A stretch of DNA of 64,000 bases, from positions 3,901 through 67,900 of the forward strand of contig CBIHOZ010000009.1 in NCBI GenBank assembly GCA_966211525.1. The letters run 5' to 3'. The DNA is from an uncultured Chitinophaga sp. GTDB taxonomy: Bacteria; Bacteroidota; Bacteroidia; Cytophagales; Cyclobacteriaceae. A model generated the notes under the pieces. It did no database searches and had not been told where the DNA came from. It saw only the letters and a program-made list of their open reading frames with translations. Below are positions 1 through 10,023 of this stretch, in pieces (within the stretch, counting starts at the first letter, position 1; each line of letters opens with the position of its first letter). Position numbers and translations under genes: made by a program.

Positions 1-1362
1 ATTCTTCAACACATAATTTATAGGAACAAGCTTATTATTGACTTTGGCACCTATACATTTAGAACCCACTTGCGTGTGAATCTCAAAAGCAAAATCAAGT
101 GCCGTAGCACCGTAAGGCAATGTTTTTAAGTCTCCTTTTGGAGTAAATACAAATACTTCTTCACTGAACAGATTTCCGCGGAAGTCGTCTACGAAATCAA
201 GTGCCGAATGATTATTCTGTTCGAGCAGGTCGCGTACGCGTGCCAGCCATTTCTCAAGATTCGATTCTGCTGTAGTGTTCGTGTCTTTATATTTCCAGTG
301 TGCAGCATAACCTTTCTCGGCGATTTCATCCATACGCTTGCTTCGGATTTGAACTTCAACCCATTGACCATTCTTGGCCATTACGGTTGTGTGCAGTGAC
401 TCATAGCCATTTGATTTTGGCGTACTGATCCAGTCTCGAAGACGATCAGGGTTGGGAGTATAGTAATCAGTAACAATGGAGTATACCTGCCAGCAAAGTG
501 CTTTCTCATGCTCCATGGTTGTATCCAGGATGATACGAATGGCAAAAAGATCAAACACTTCTTCGAAGGGAATGTTTTGCTTGCGCATTTTATTCCAGAT
601 GGAGTGAATCGATTTTGGTCTGCCTTTAATTTCATATTCAATACCCAGCTTATCCAGTTCCTCTTTAATAGGAATCATAAACTGTTTAATGAATTTATTA
701 CGGGCAGCTTTGGTAGCATCGATCTTTTGCGCGATCGAACTATATATAGGCCTGTCGGTAAAGCGCAGGTATAAATCTTCGAGCTCTGTTTTAATCGCGT
801 TAAGGCCCAGGCGGTGCGCCAGCGGTGCATAGAGATATATAGTTTCGTTGGCGACCTTAAGCTGTTTATTGCGCGGCATGCTGTCGAGCGTGCGCATATT
901 ATGCAGACGATCAGCAAGTTTGATCAGAATAACGCGCACATCTTCCGATAGCGTGAACAACATTTTACGGAAGTTCTCGGCTTGCTGGGATGTTCCGTAT
1001 TCAAATACACCACGGATTTTAGTAAGACCGTCAATAATGCGGGCTATTTTTTTTCCGAACATCCGCTCGATGTCGGTGAGCTCGATGTCAGTATCCTCCA
1101 CTACATCGTGCATGAGTGCAGAAATAATGGAAGTTGTACCGAGACCGATTTCCTCCACGCATATTTCTGCTACGGCCAGTGGATGAAAAATAAATGGTTC
1201 ACCAGATTTTCTGCGCATGTCTTTGTGCGCATCCAGCGAAAGCGTAAAAGCTTTCTTTATCAGTTTAGCATCACCGTCTTTTAAGATCGGTTTTGCCTTG
1301 CGTAGTAATCTCCTATATCGACTAATGATCTCTTTTTTCTCCTGCTCGGCATCGATTACCAT
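1..1362 (-). CDS. relA: RelA/SpoT (p)ppGpp synthetase/hydrolase, 3' end outside window
   Basis: Hand translation from ATG at 1362 gives MVIDAEQEKKEIISRYRRLL...RRKSGEPFIFHPLAVA...ALMHDVVEDTD (HD domain). The frame stays open to base 1, ending ...GAKVNNKLVPYNYVLKN (TGS). Absent from the ORF track because its stop lies outside the window. Confidence 0.93.
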   Translation of the reverse strand, partial: MVIDAEQEKKEIISRYRRLLRKAKPILKDGDAKLIKKAFTLSLDAHKDMRRKSGEPFIFHPLAVAEICVEEIGLGTTSIISALMHDVVEDTDIELTDIERMFGKKIARIIDGLTKIRGVFEYGTSQQAENFRKMLFTLSEDVRVILIKLADRLHNMRTLDSMPRNKQLKVANETIYLYAPLAHRLGLNAIKTELEDLYLRFTDRPIYSSIAQKIDATKAARNKFIKQFMIPIKEELDKLGIEYEIKGRPKSIHSIWNKMRKQNIPFEEVFDLFAIRIILDTTMEHEKALCWQVYSIVTDYYTPNPDRLRDWISTPKSNGYESLHTTVMAKNGQWVEVQIRSKRMDEIAEKGYAAHWKYKDTNTTAESNLEKWLARVRDLLEQNNHSALDFVDDFRGNLFSEEVFVFTPKGDLKTLPYGATALDFAFEIHTQVGSKCIGAKVNNKLVPINYVLKN

Positions 1363-1464
1363 CTTGAGTATCTATATTTTTAGCGGAATTTTGCGGTTTT
1401 TGACCACAATTCCCGAAGTTTTTGAATTAAAATCGTAAACTATTCTTTATTTCTGAATATTCTA

Positions 1465-1472
1465 TAAATTTG
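1465..1472 (+). promoter_or_regulatory. Bacteroidota sigma70 -7 element (TAAATTTG) for tRNA-Leu/tig
   Basis: Matches TAnnTTTG, 12 nt upstream of the tRNA 5' end. Confidence 0.65.
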
Positions 1473-1483
1473 CGCCTCCAATT

Positions 1484-1568
1484 CCGGATGTGGCGTAATT
1501 GGTAGCCGTGCCAGACTTAGGATCTGGTGCCGCAAGGCGTGGGGGTTCGAGTCCCTCCATCCGGACCA
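1484..1568 (+). tRNA. tRNA-Leu (anticodon TAG), CCA encoded
   Basis: Acceptor stem CCGGATG/CATCCGG, anticodon arm CCAGA-CTTAGGA-TCTGG, long variable arm, GGTTCGAGTCC T-loop, 3' ACCA. Position upstream of tig is typical. Confidence 0.96.
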
Positions 1569-1648
1569 TCTAACCCTCTATGTTCGTAACAACACACGGG
1601 CATTGAGGGTTTCTGGTTTCTTAGGTAAACAATCAAAAGTTATAAGCT

Positions 1649-2995
1649 TTGGAAATAACACTGAACAAAAAGAACAACACTGAAGGTGTAATTAAAATTA
1701 AATTAACCGAAGGTGATTATCAACCCCACGTTGAAGAAAAAGTAAAAGATTATTCGCGCAAAGCGAACATCAAAGGCTTTCGTCAGGGTAAAGTTCCCAG
1801 TGGTGTAATCAAAAAAATGTTCGGCAAATCTATCCTTGTAGATGAGATCAACCATCTGCTGTCACACAAGCTTTCTGATTATATTAAAGATAACCAGATA
1901 AAGATTCTGGGTGATCCTCTTCCTAACCAGGAGAAAGCAAAGCAAATTGATTGGGATACTCAGAAAGATTTCGAGTTTGAATACCAGATTGGTATGGTAG
2001 ACGATTTTACTTACGAAGTTTCTTCGAAAGTAAAAGTAAAATCATACCCGATTGAGGTTGATAAGAATACTATCGATGAAACCCTTACCGACCTGAAGAA
2101 GCGTTTCGGTAAAGTAAGCGATCCTGAAACATCAGAAGCTGATGATAACCTCTTCGGTGAACTGCGTGCTAAAGAAGGCGACTTTAAAAAAGAACACGCT
2201 TTCATTGCTATTGAGAAAGTTGAAAAGAAAGAGCAGAAGAAATTCCTCGGCCTGAAGAAAGACGAAGAAGTTGAATTTGAAGTAAGCAAGATCTTTTCAG
2301 AAGATGCACAGGTAGCACAATTACTCGGCGTGTCTGACGAAGAAGCGAAAGCTGCCAAAGGAAAGTATATCTTCAAAGTAGCAAACATCAGCCGTGTAGA
2401 ACCTGCTGCTGTTAACACCGAGCTGTTCGATCGCGTATTTGGTAAAGACGTTGTTAAAACTGAAGAAGAGTTTATCACCAAGGTAAAAGAAACAATCTCA
2501 GAAAACTACAAGCGCGAGTCAGAGCATTTCCTGGATCATAATATCGAAGACTATTTTATATCCAATACTTCTATCAATCTGCCTGATGACTTCCTGAAAT
2601 CATGGTTACTGTCAAGCAGCAATGGTGAGGTAACAGAAGAAGTTCTCAACAAAGAATTCGAACACTATAAAAGAGGTTTGAAGTGGGATCTTGTGAAGAA
2701 CCGCATCGCTGACGATAACAAGATTACTGTTGAAGCCGAAGAAGTTCGTAACAAGGCAAAAGAATTGATCGCAGCGCAATTTGGCGGTTCAGCTTTTGTT
2801 GAACAATTAGGCGACCGCCTGGATGGTATTGCAGACAACTATCTTCAAAATGAAAACGGTCAGAACTTTATGCGTTTGTACAACCAGTTACGTGGCGATA
2901 AAATTCTGAAGTTCATTAAGGATAACATCACGGTTGAAGAGAAAAAAGTATCGGTTGAGGAGTTCAAGAAAATTGTAGCTGAACACAAACACTAG
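1649..2995 (+). CDS. tig: Trigger factor
   Basis: GFRQGKVP ribosome-binding signature; upstream of clpP-clpX; TTG start. Confidence 0.95.
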   Translation: MEITLNKKNNTEGVIKIKLTEGDYQPHVEEKVKDYSRKANIKGFRQGKVPSGVIKKMFGKSILVDEINHLLSHKLSDYIKDNQIKILGDPLPNQEKAKQIDWDTQKDFEFEYQIGMVDDFTYEVSSKVKVKSYPIEVDKNTIDETLTDLKKRFGKVSDPETSEADDNLFGELRAKEGDFKKEHAFIAIEKVEKKEQKKFLGLKKDEEVEFEVSKIFSEDAQVAQLLGVSDEEAKAAKGKYIFKVANISRVEPAAVNTELFDRVFGKDVVKTEEEFITKVKETISENYKRESEHFLDHNIEDYFISNTSINLPDDFLKSWLLSSSNGEVTEEVLNKEFEHYKRGLKWDLVKNRIADDNKITVEAEEVRNKAKELIAAQFGGSAFVEQLGDRLDGIADNYLQNENGQNFMRLYNQLRGDKILKFIKDNITVEEKKVSVEEFKKIVAEHKH

Positions 2996-3048
2996 TATTT
3001 CAACAGCCGGCATTACGGCTGAACAATAAAGTATTCGCATTTTTCGTC

Positions 3049-3097
3049 AATGGTTTTAGTTCGTGAAGTGATCCGGACTAAAACCATTTTCTTTTTA
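3049..3097 (+). terminator. Intrinsic terminator after tig
   Basis: AATGGTTTTAGT...ACTAAAACCATT stem followed by a T-rich tail. Confidence 0.6.
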
Positions 3098-3192
3098 AAT
3101 GGGTTTAAGAACGAAAGGGTTGGAATTTTGAACTTGGATGGCTAAGATTACCATTATTTCAATCCTCACTAAAGTAATTATCCTTTTATTAT

Positions 3193-3867
3193 ATGCATTA
3201 TAACAATGAATTCAGAAAGTATGCCGTACATCACCTGGGCATGAGCGGCAATACAGTTGACAGTTACGCGCAGCAAATCCAGAACATGACTCAGTATGTT
3301 ATAGAAGAACGTCCTGGAAACTTTCGTGCAATTGATGTATTCACACGCCTTATCTCTGACCGTATTATTTTCCTGGGAATGGGTATTGATGACCAGATCG
3401 CTAACCTGATCACGGCTCAATTACTTTTCCTCGAGTCTTCCGATCCTAAAAAAGATATCATCATGTATATCAACAGTCCGGGCGGATCTGTATATGCCGG
3501 CCTTGGTATCTATGACACGATGCAATATATAAACCCGGATGTTGCCACGATCTGCACAGGATTGGCTGCTTCCATGGGTGCAGTATTGCTTACTGCGGGC
3601 GCGGCTAAAAAGAGATCAGCGCTGGTACACGCACGTGTGATGATTCACCAGCCGATGAGCGGTATGCAAGGACAAGCTTCTGATATGGAAATATCGCTGA
3701 AACAGACGCTTGAGGTTAAAAAAGATCTTTACAACATTCTGGCCAAGCATAGCGGTGCCAAGTACGAGAAGATTGAAAAAGATTCTGATCGCGACTACTG
3801 GATGCGCGCTGCTGAAGCCAAAGAATATGGATTAATAGACGAAGTACTGGAACGTAAGAAAATCTAA
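3193..3867 (+). CDS. clpP: ATP-dependent Clp protease proteolytic subunit
   Basis: [15 protein letters not shown] (catalytic Ser), MIHQP, DRDYWM motifs. Confidence 0.97.
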   Translation: MHYNNEFRKYAVHHLGMSGNTVDSYAQQIQNMTQYVIEERPGNFRAIDVFTRLISDRIIFLGMGIDDQIANLITAQLLFLESSDPKKDIIMYINSPGGSVYAGLGIYDTMQYINPDVATICTGLAASMGAVLLTAGAAKKRSALVHARVMIHQPMSGMQGQASDMEISLKQTLEVKKDLYNILAKHSGAKYEKIEKDSDRDYWMRAAEAKEYGLIDEVLERKKI

Positions 3868-3960
3868 CTTTTCCGCACGATTTCCATCCAACCGATGTTC
3901 AGAATATTCAGTACCTTTGAGGTTGTTCTGAGCATCGGTTTTCAATTTTAAAAATAATTT

Positions 3961-5196
3961 ATGGCTGAAGTTACCTGTTCGTTTTGTGGAAGAAGTAAGA
4001 AGGATGTAGACCTGATGATTTCAGGTATACACGCACACATCTGTGATAAATGTGTAACCCAGGCCAATCAAATTCTTAGCGAGGAAAAGAAAAGTAAAAC
4101 AGAGGCCGGCTTCTCTCCTAATTTTAAGCTGGTTAAACCCCGCGAGATCAAAAAATTCCTGGATGAATATGTGATCGGACAAGACGAAGCTAAAAAAGTA
4201 ATGTCCGTTGCAGTATATAATCACTACAAGCGCTTAATGCAGCGCAAGCTGGATAGTGATGTAACGATCGAAAAATCAAACATCATTATGGTAGGTGAAA
4301 CCGGAACCGGAAAAACTTACCTCGCCCGTACGCTGGCTAAAATTCTTCAGGTTCCTTTTTGTATTGCCGATGCTACAGTGCTTACCGAAGCCGGTTACGT
4401 TGGTGAAGATGTTGAAAGTATATTAACACGTCTTCTGCAGGCTGCAGACTATAATGTTGAAGCTGCCGAGCGTGGTATAGTATATATTGATGAGATTGAT
4501 AAGATAGCCCGCAAATCTGATAACCCTTCTATTACCCGAGATGTTAGCGGTGAAGGTGTACAGCAGGCGCTTCTTAAACTGTTAGAAGGTACGGCAGTAA
4601 ACGTTCCTCCTCAGGGTGGACGTAAACATCCGGATCAGAAAATGATCACGGTAAATACTGAAAATATACTTTTCATCTGCGGTGGTGCATTTGAAGGTAT
4701 ATCCCGATTTATTGGTAACCGCTTGAATACTCGTCCGCTGGGATTTGTTGCCGGCCATGATGGTTTACATCCCGGTGAGATCGATAAGGATAACCTCTTA
4801 AAATTCATAACAGCCCAGGATCTGAAAAGCTTCGGGCTTATTCCTGAATTGATCGGTCGTTTGCCAGTTGTTTCATTCCTCAACCCCCTTGATCGCGAAA
4901 CGCTTCAAAGAATTCTTACCGAGCCAAAGAATGCGCTCATCAAACAGTATAAAAAGCTGTTTGAAATGGAAGAGATTCAGGTTGAATTCAAAGAAGGTGC
5001 CGTGGACTTTATCGTTGAAAAAGCGATGGAGTATAAATTAGGTGCGCGCGGTTTACGTGGTATCTGTGAAGCGATCATTAACGATGCCATGTTCGAATTA
5101 CCATCTGAAAAGAATACCGACAGACTGGTTATTACACGCGCTTACGCGGAAGAAAAATTCAGTAAGTCACAATACAGCAAACTAAAAGTTGCTTAA
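3961..5196 (+). CDS. clpX: Clp protease ATP-binding subunit ClpX
   Basis: CSFCG zinc finger, GETGTGKT Walker [15 protein letters not shown]. Confidence 0.97.
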   Translation: MAEVTCSFCGRSKKDVDLMISGIHAHICDKCVTQANQILSEEKKSKTEAGFSPNFKLVKPREIKKFLDEYVIGQDEAKKVMSVAVYNHYKRLMQRKLDSDVTIEKSNIIMVGETGTGKTYLARTLAKILQVPFCIADATVLTEAGYVGEDVESILTRLLQAADYNVEAAERGIVYIDEIDKIARKSDNPSITRDVSGEGVQQALLKLLEGTAVNVPPQGGRKHPDQKMITVNTENILFICGGAFEGISRFIGNRLNTRPLGFVAGHDGLHPGEIDKDNLLKFITAQDLKSFGLIPELIGRLPVVSFLNPLDRETLQRILTEPKNALIKQYKKLFEMEEIQVEFKEGAVDFIVEKAMEYKLGARGLRGICEAIINDAMFELPSEKNTDRLVITRAYAEEKFSKSQYSKLKVA

Positions 5197-5221
5197 GTAA
5201 AATATACCGATGGTGAGATGT

Positions 5222-6334
5222 TTACGCCTGTAAATATCTCACCATTAATTTTGCTGTATTCTCAGATGCAGATCCTATATCCAGAATACGGATAATTTCA
5301 TCATAGTTGCTCAGCATGTTTGTTCTGTAAACTTCATCATTCAGAAGCAGATTTACTTCTTCAGAAACCTTTTCCTGATTGGCATCGCCTTGGATCATTT
5401 CTTTTACAACTTCTTTATCTGCGATGAGATTTACCAGCGATATATAGGGGACTTTAATTAGTCTTTTCACAATCTGATACGTAAGGAAGCTGGTTCTATA
5501 TACAACAACCTGCGGAACCCGAAAGAGTGCAGTCTCCAACGTAGCTGTTCCTGATGTTACGATGGCTGCTTTGACATGCAGCAACAAGTTGTACGTATCT
5601 TCAAATACAAATTTTACATTGGGCAATGCTTTCAATTCGCTATACATAGCCTGATCAAGATTGCTTACGGCTGCTACAGCAAACTGCGTTGTCGGAAATT
5701 TCTTCACAACACTCGCCATTAATGGAATAATGGTTTTCAATTCCTGCTTACGACTCCCCGGCAAAAGAGCCACCAATGGTAAGTTGGTATCGAACGAGTA
5801 TCGTGTTAAAAATTGCTCATCGGGAACATGTGCTTTCACTGCGTCAAGCACGGGATTACCAACGTAGTCAACATCCCAATCAAATTTTTTAAAGAACGGT
5901 TTTTCAAAGGGAAGTATAACAAACAGTCGATCTACATTCTGTTTTAATTCCAAAGCGCGGCTCTGATACCACGCCCATACTTTAGGTGGTATATAGTAGA
6001 AAACCCGAATGCCTTGCTTCTTACCAAATTTAGCAATGCGTCTGTTGAAGCCTCCATAGTCAATCAGGATAATAACATCAGGCTGAAACTGGAGTATGTC
6101 TTCCTTACATTTTTTTATATAGTTGGAGATCTTGTTAAGATTGGTGAGTACTTCTACGAGGCCCATAAAAGCCAGATCCTTATAGTGCACGGTAAGATCG
6201 ACACCAGCCTGCTGCATATTCTCTCCACCAAATCCGCGTAACGAAGCATTCGTATCCTGCTTACGCAGCGCCTTGACTAAATTCCCTCCGTGCAAATCAC
6301 CTGATCGTTCTCCTGCTATGATGTAATACCGCAT
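5222..6334 (-). CDS. lpxB: Lipid-A-disaccharide synthase
   Basis: AGERSGDLHG, YVGNPVLD, LLPGSRKQE, SGTATLE motifs. Confidence 0.95.
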   Translation of the reverse strand: MRYYIIAGERSGDLHGGNLVKALRKQDTNASLRGFGGENMQQAGVDLTVHYKDLAFMGLVEVLTNLNKISNYIKKCKEDILQFQPDVIILIDYGGFNRRIAKFGKKQGIRVFYYIPPKVWAWYQSRALELKQNVDRLFVILPFEKPFFKKFDWDVDYVGNPVLDAVKAHVPDEQFLTRYSFDTNLPLVALLPGSRKQELKTIIPLMASVVKKFPTTQFAVAAVSNLDQAMYSELKALPNVKFVFEDTYNLLLHVKAAIVTSGTATLETALFRVPQVVVYRTSFLTYQIVKRLIKVPYISLVNLIADKEVVKEMIQGDANQEKVSEEVNLLLNDEVYRTNMLSNYDEIIRILDIGSASENTAKLMVRYLQA

Positions 6335-6381
6335 TGTTTAAAAGGCGCTGGTTATAGGGCACGAAGTACGATTTTTAAGTG

Positions 6382-6801
6382 CTATTCGCCAAAATACTCC
6401 ACGTAGTTTCGCGGAGTTTCATAGAGTCTGATGCAATGAAGTTTACCGTATGATGTGATGCCGGGTAATTTGGCATCCAGAATTTTCCAGATTTCTACAA
6501 CCAGGTTTTCACAACTAGCCAGTTTACCGTGCATGAAGTCTACATCGGTATTAAGATTCTTGTGATCAAGTTTTTCAATTACTTCTTGTCTGATCAGTGT
6601 GCTCAGTTTCTTGAGGTCAACCACAAAACCCGTATCGGGATCAGGTTTACCCTTCACTGTCACGATGAGATCAAAATTGTGGCCGTGCCAGTTCTCATTA
6701 GCACATGGCCCAAACACCTCAACATTTTTTTCTTTAGACCATTGAGGATTATAAAGTTTATGCGCAGCGTTGAAATGTTCTTTGCGGGAGATGTGGAGCA
6801 T
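6382..6801 (-). CDS. queD: 6-carboxytetrahydropterin synthase (PTPS/QueD)
   Basis: FNAAH, HGHN, LDHKNLN, ETPRNY motifs; TACATTTG promoter element on the minus strand at 6816-6823. Confidence 0.88.
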   Translation of the reverse strand: MLHISRKEHFNAAHKLYNPQWSKEKNVEVFGPCANENWHGHNFDLIVTVKGKPDPDTGFVVDLKKLSTLIRQEVIEKLDHKNLNTDVDFMHGKLASCENLVVEIWKILDAKLPGITSYGKLHCIRLYETPRNYVEYFGE

Positions 6802-6867
6802 ATCGTACTTCGCTGCAAATGTAAAGCAAATTCTGAAATCCCTCGCGGTGTTTTAGGGCACCGAACA

Positions 6868-7572
6868 TTAGATAAAAAATTGCATGAGTTTTTTTAAGTC
6901 ATCCTCTTGCTTGAGATTTAGTTTATTCTCTTTAATGTATTTCATCAAGTCGTCATACTTCTCGCCAAATTGACTTGCAAATTTTTTGGCAGATGAGCGT
7001 ACCTCGTATAGCCTATCTCCATTGGCCAGATAATAAACTTTGTCTTTTATCAAGCGGTCTTCACGAACCCCGGCATCCAATGAAGCGACATAATTCGCCT
7101 TTACTAATTTTAGCGATGTCTTTTCAAAAAGTTTCCATTCCCCATCCTCAATTACTCTCAAAAAGCCGTCAACTTTTGTTTCATCGAACGTATAATCGTG
7201 ACCATTCACATATTTAACACGCCCTTGGGAAACATCGTTAAGGACAAAGCTTTGCACTTTAGCTGCAATCAATACTTTTATCTGATCTTTAACCTTTAAT
7301 TCAAGATCATTGGTGGATAAATCGACACGAGCAAAATAGCCGGATAAAGTTGTTTCAGCATTTACCAAGGTTATATCAGCAAGTGTCCACTCACTATTGA
7401 GATATACATCGCCTTTGGCTTCATGCTTTGCGGGAGGAAGTTGTGTAACAAAACCTCCTGGAGAAGTTTGTATGTCTAATCCTTTGCCAGGCATATTACC
7501 CACAACCTGACCGTATCCTGTACTACACAACAGAGTAAGCAGAGTTAAAAAAAGAACAGCAGAGGTTTTCAT
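6868..7572 (-). CDS. Secreted hypothetical protein
   Basis: 234-aa ORF with a signal peptide; no family recognised with confidence. Confidence 0.7.
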   Translation of the reverse strand: MKTSAVLFLTLLTLLCSTGYGQVVGNMPGKGLDIQTSPGGFVTQLPPAKHEAKGDVYLNSEWTLADITLVNAETTLSGYFARVDLSTNDLELKVKDQIKVLIAAKVQSFVLNDVSQGRVKYVNGHDYTFDETKVDGFLRVIEDGEWKLFEKTSLKLVKANYVASLDAGVREDRLIKDKVYYLANGDRLYEVRSSAKKFASQFGEKYDDLMKYIKENKLNLKQEDDLKKLMQFFI

Positions 7573-7588
7573 AAAATATTATTTATAC

Positions 7589-7619
7589 AAAAGGGAATCG
7601 CTGGTGCGATTCCCTTTTT
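7589..7619 (-). terminator. Terminator of the susC/susD operon
   Basis: AAAAGGGAATCGC-TGGT-GCGATTCCCTTTT perfect hairpin with A/T tails. Confidence 0.8.
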
Positions 7620-7639
7620 AATTTTTAATCTATATACAG

Positions 7640-8485
7640 TTACTCGTCTTTAGTGATCACTTCACTTACAACTCTATCACCTCCTGCACCCGCATATTTG
7701 TAGTTCAACGTAAATGACTTAGTTGCAGGATCATAGAAATTATCACCGTTAGGTACAGTGCCTGGACTTGCCGGAGCTATCGGAATTATTTCAACCGAGT
7801 TATCATCAGGGTTTACTCTTAGCCACATTTTCCAACCATTACCACCAAGATCAGCGTACTCTGTTTCGCAGGTCTGTGCGTCTATTGGAGCTAGCGTTTT
7901 AGCCCGGTTAATATCTCTAGGACCAGCTGTCGGATGAACAAATTTACCCTCAGAATGATAAGAACCAGAGTATAAGTTGGCAACAGCAACAGTTATGGTC
8001 GAGTTATTGCGAAGTTCACGACCATCCTCCATTACTGATACCAAGCGGAATAACCAATAGTCACCAATCACCAGGTCACTCTCATCTTCCGGAAGGGAGC
8101 CATCTTCAAAGGTAATTCCCTCTTTAAGAGAAGCGTATGTTTGATTAACTGAAACTTCTTTGGCGTCACCAACATTCTCACCATTTACAGGCAATGTTAA
8201 TGCGAGCACCTCACCACTGGTTTCCTGTAGCTCATCATCATTGCAATTCATACAAAATGACTTGTACAGTTTTATTGACTCAACACCCGGACCTTTCGGA
8301 ACTTCGATTACAATATCAAGACTCGGGGTGTTATTCAACACGTATGACAAGTTTGATGAAGCTGGAACCAACAGTCCTCCCACTTTCGCGTCTGTAGTTA
8401 CCAACTCATCAGGATCAGTACAGGCATTTATACTGGTCAGAAGAGCAAGTGCCAAGGCACCTGCCTTATATTTTTTCAATATCAT
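7640..8485 (-). CDS. Surface lipoprotein associated with susC/susD
   Basis: Lipobox (SINAC) followed by acidic TDPDE; third gene of the operon. Confidence 0.75.
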   Translation of the reverse strand: MILKKYKAGALALALLTSINACTDPDELVTTDAKVGGLLVPASSNLSYVLNNTPSLDIVIEVPKGPGVESIKLYKSFCMNCNDDELQETSGEVLALTLPVNGENVGDAKEVSVNQTYASLKEGITFEDGSLPEDESDLVIGDYWLFRLVSVMEDGRELRNNSTITVAVANLYSGSYHSEGKFVHPTAGPRDINRAKTLAPIDAQTCETEYADLGGNGWKMWLRVNPDDNSVEIIPIAPASPGTVPNGDNFYDPATKSFTLNYKYAGAGGDRVVSEVITKDE

Positions 8486-8503
8486 AATATCGCAGATTTA
8501 AGG

Positions 8504-10000
8504 TTAGTTAACATCCCACCAAACATGAGTATTCATATTATCAGCTCCCTGAGCAGATATTGCATCATTTAAATTGGAAGCGTTTCGGGTGGTTTCATCT
8601 AAAGGATATGGAACACGTACTGGTATTTTACCTCCATTAACTCCTGCCGCAGCGGGCGTAAGCACAGGATAATCCAGTCTTCTCCATTCAAACCAAGCCT
8701 GAAGCCCTTGGTCAAATAGCGCTATATACTTTTGAGTTGCTATGCTTTCAATTGCATTAGCTGCATCATAAGGGTTATTAGCGACATAATCTTCAATGGC
8801 TTCAGTGAGCTCTTCCGGTTCGTAACCAATCTCATCCTCAAAGTATGTTCTATATTGCTCCATGGAGCCTTCGATACCTGCGTTGTAATACTCTTCAGCA
8901 TCTGCATCTCCGCCTGGTATATAATTTCTATGTGCCGCTTCTGCCAGTATAAACTGAAGTTCTGCATAGCTCATTAGTACTCCTGGGGTTTCAGCTGCTG
9001 TAAAATAATTACCAAGTTTAGACGTATTGGCAAGTCCATTGCCATTATACTTGGCAGCATCAGCAGAAGTTAAGCCGTTAGGTAAACCTACATATGCACC
9101 CGTAGCTGCAGGCTGAGCATATACTTCCAAACGAGGGTCGCCAAGATCTATAAGTAAATCAATGATTGTTTTACTTACTCTATGATCATCTCTGGTTTTA
9201 CGGTTTTCATTTATAGGATTGTTGTTGGGAGCAGATCCGAGGTAATTCAGTTGAGCATTTTCGCCAGCTTCAAAAACCGGATATGCATCGCTACCAACCA
9301 TCTTCGTCATTTCAGTTGTAACAAATGCCTCGTCTCTTGCAGACATTCTTAACAATAATCTCAATCTGAGTGAGTTCGCAAACTTTTTCCAAAGTTCGAT
9401 ATCATTGTCAAACAATATATCACCGGCTATCTCTTCACCGTCTGGATCAAGTAAAGTATTTGCTTGTTCCAAGTTTGCAATAAGACTTCTATATATAGAC
9501 TCTTGTGAATCATACTTCGGGCTTAAAATTCCACCGTCAGCTACATCTCCTTTGAATGCTTCAGAATATGGCACATTACCAAACAAGTCTGTTGTCACTG
9601 AAATAATGTATGATTTCAAAACAAGTGCAACACCTTGATAATTGTCATGACCTTCCTTTACTGCGATCTTATAGATCGTTTCAGCATCCTGGCCATTTGC
9701 CGCATAGAAACTGCTCCATGCATTGTTCAATGTACCTACGCGGAAGAGATATCTATCTTCATCCGTATACTGCACCTTTGCCATATGCTGAACCCAACCT
9801 GAACCGATTTCATGCCCAAGTCCTATTTCAAATACACGATCCGCTAATGATTCAATCGTATTTGTAAGAAGCAATTCGGCTGAAGCCTGATCGCCGGTAG
9901 GAGCATTCGGGTTTGTATTCAATTCATCAAAGTTCTCGGTACATGCGGAAAGCAACACTACCAGAGTCGTGATGAAATAATATTTTATATACTTATTCAT
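8504..10000 (-). CDS. SusD/RagB family nutrient-binding lipoprotein
   Basis: Lipobox LLSAC, LVTTDLFGNVPYSEA-like and WFEWRRLDYP motifs, C-terminal WWD; directly downstream of susC. Confidence 0.92.
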   Translation of the reverse strand: MNKYIKYYFITTLVVLLSACTENFDELNTNPNAPTGDQASAELLLTNTIESLADRVFEIGLGHEIGSGWVQHMAKVQYTDEDRYLFRVGTLNNAWSSFYAANGQDAETIYKIAVKEGHDNYQGVALVLKSYIISVTTDLFGNVPYSEAFKGDVADGGILSPKYDSQESIYRSLIANLEQANTLLDPDGEEIAGDILFDNDIELWKKFANSLRLRLLLRMSARDEAFVTTEMTKMVGSDAYPVFEAGENAQLNYLGSAPNNNPINENRKTRDDHRVSKTIIDLLIDLGDPRLEVYAQPAATGAYVGLPNGLTSADAAKYNGNGLANTSKLGNYFTAAETPGVLMSYAELQFILAEAAHRNYIPGGDADAEEYYNAGIEGSMEQYRTYFEDEIGYEPEELTEAIEDYVANNPYDAANAIESIATQKYIALFDQGLQAWFEWRRLDYPVLTPAAAGVNGGKIPVRVPYPLDETTRNASNLNDAISAQGADNMNTHVWWDVN

Positions 10001-10023
10001 ATAAATCTTTAGTTAATTTTTAA

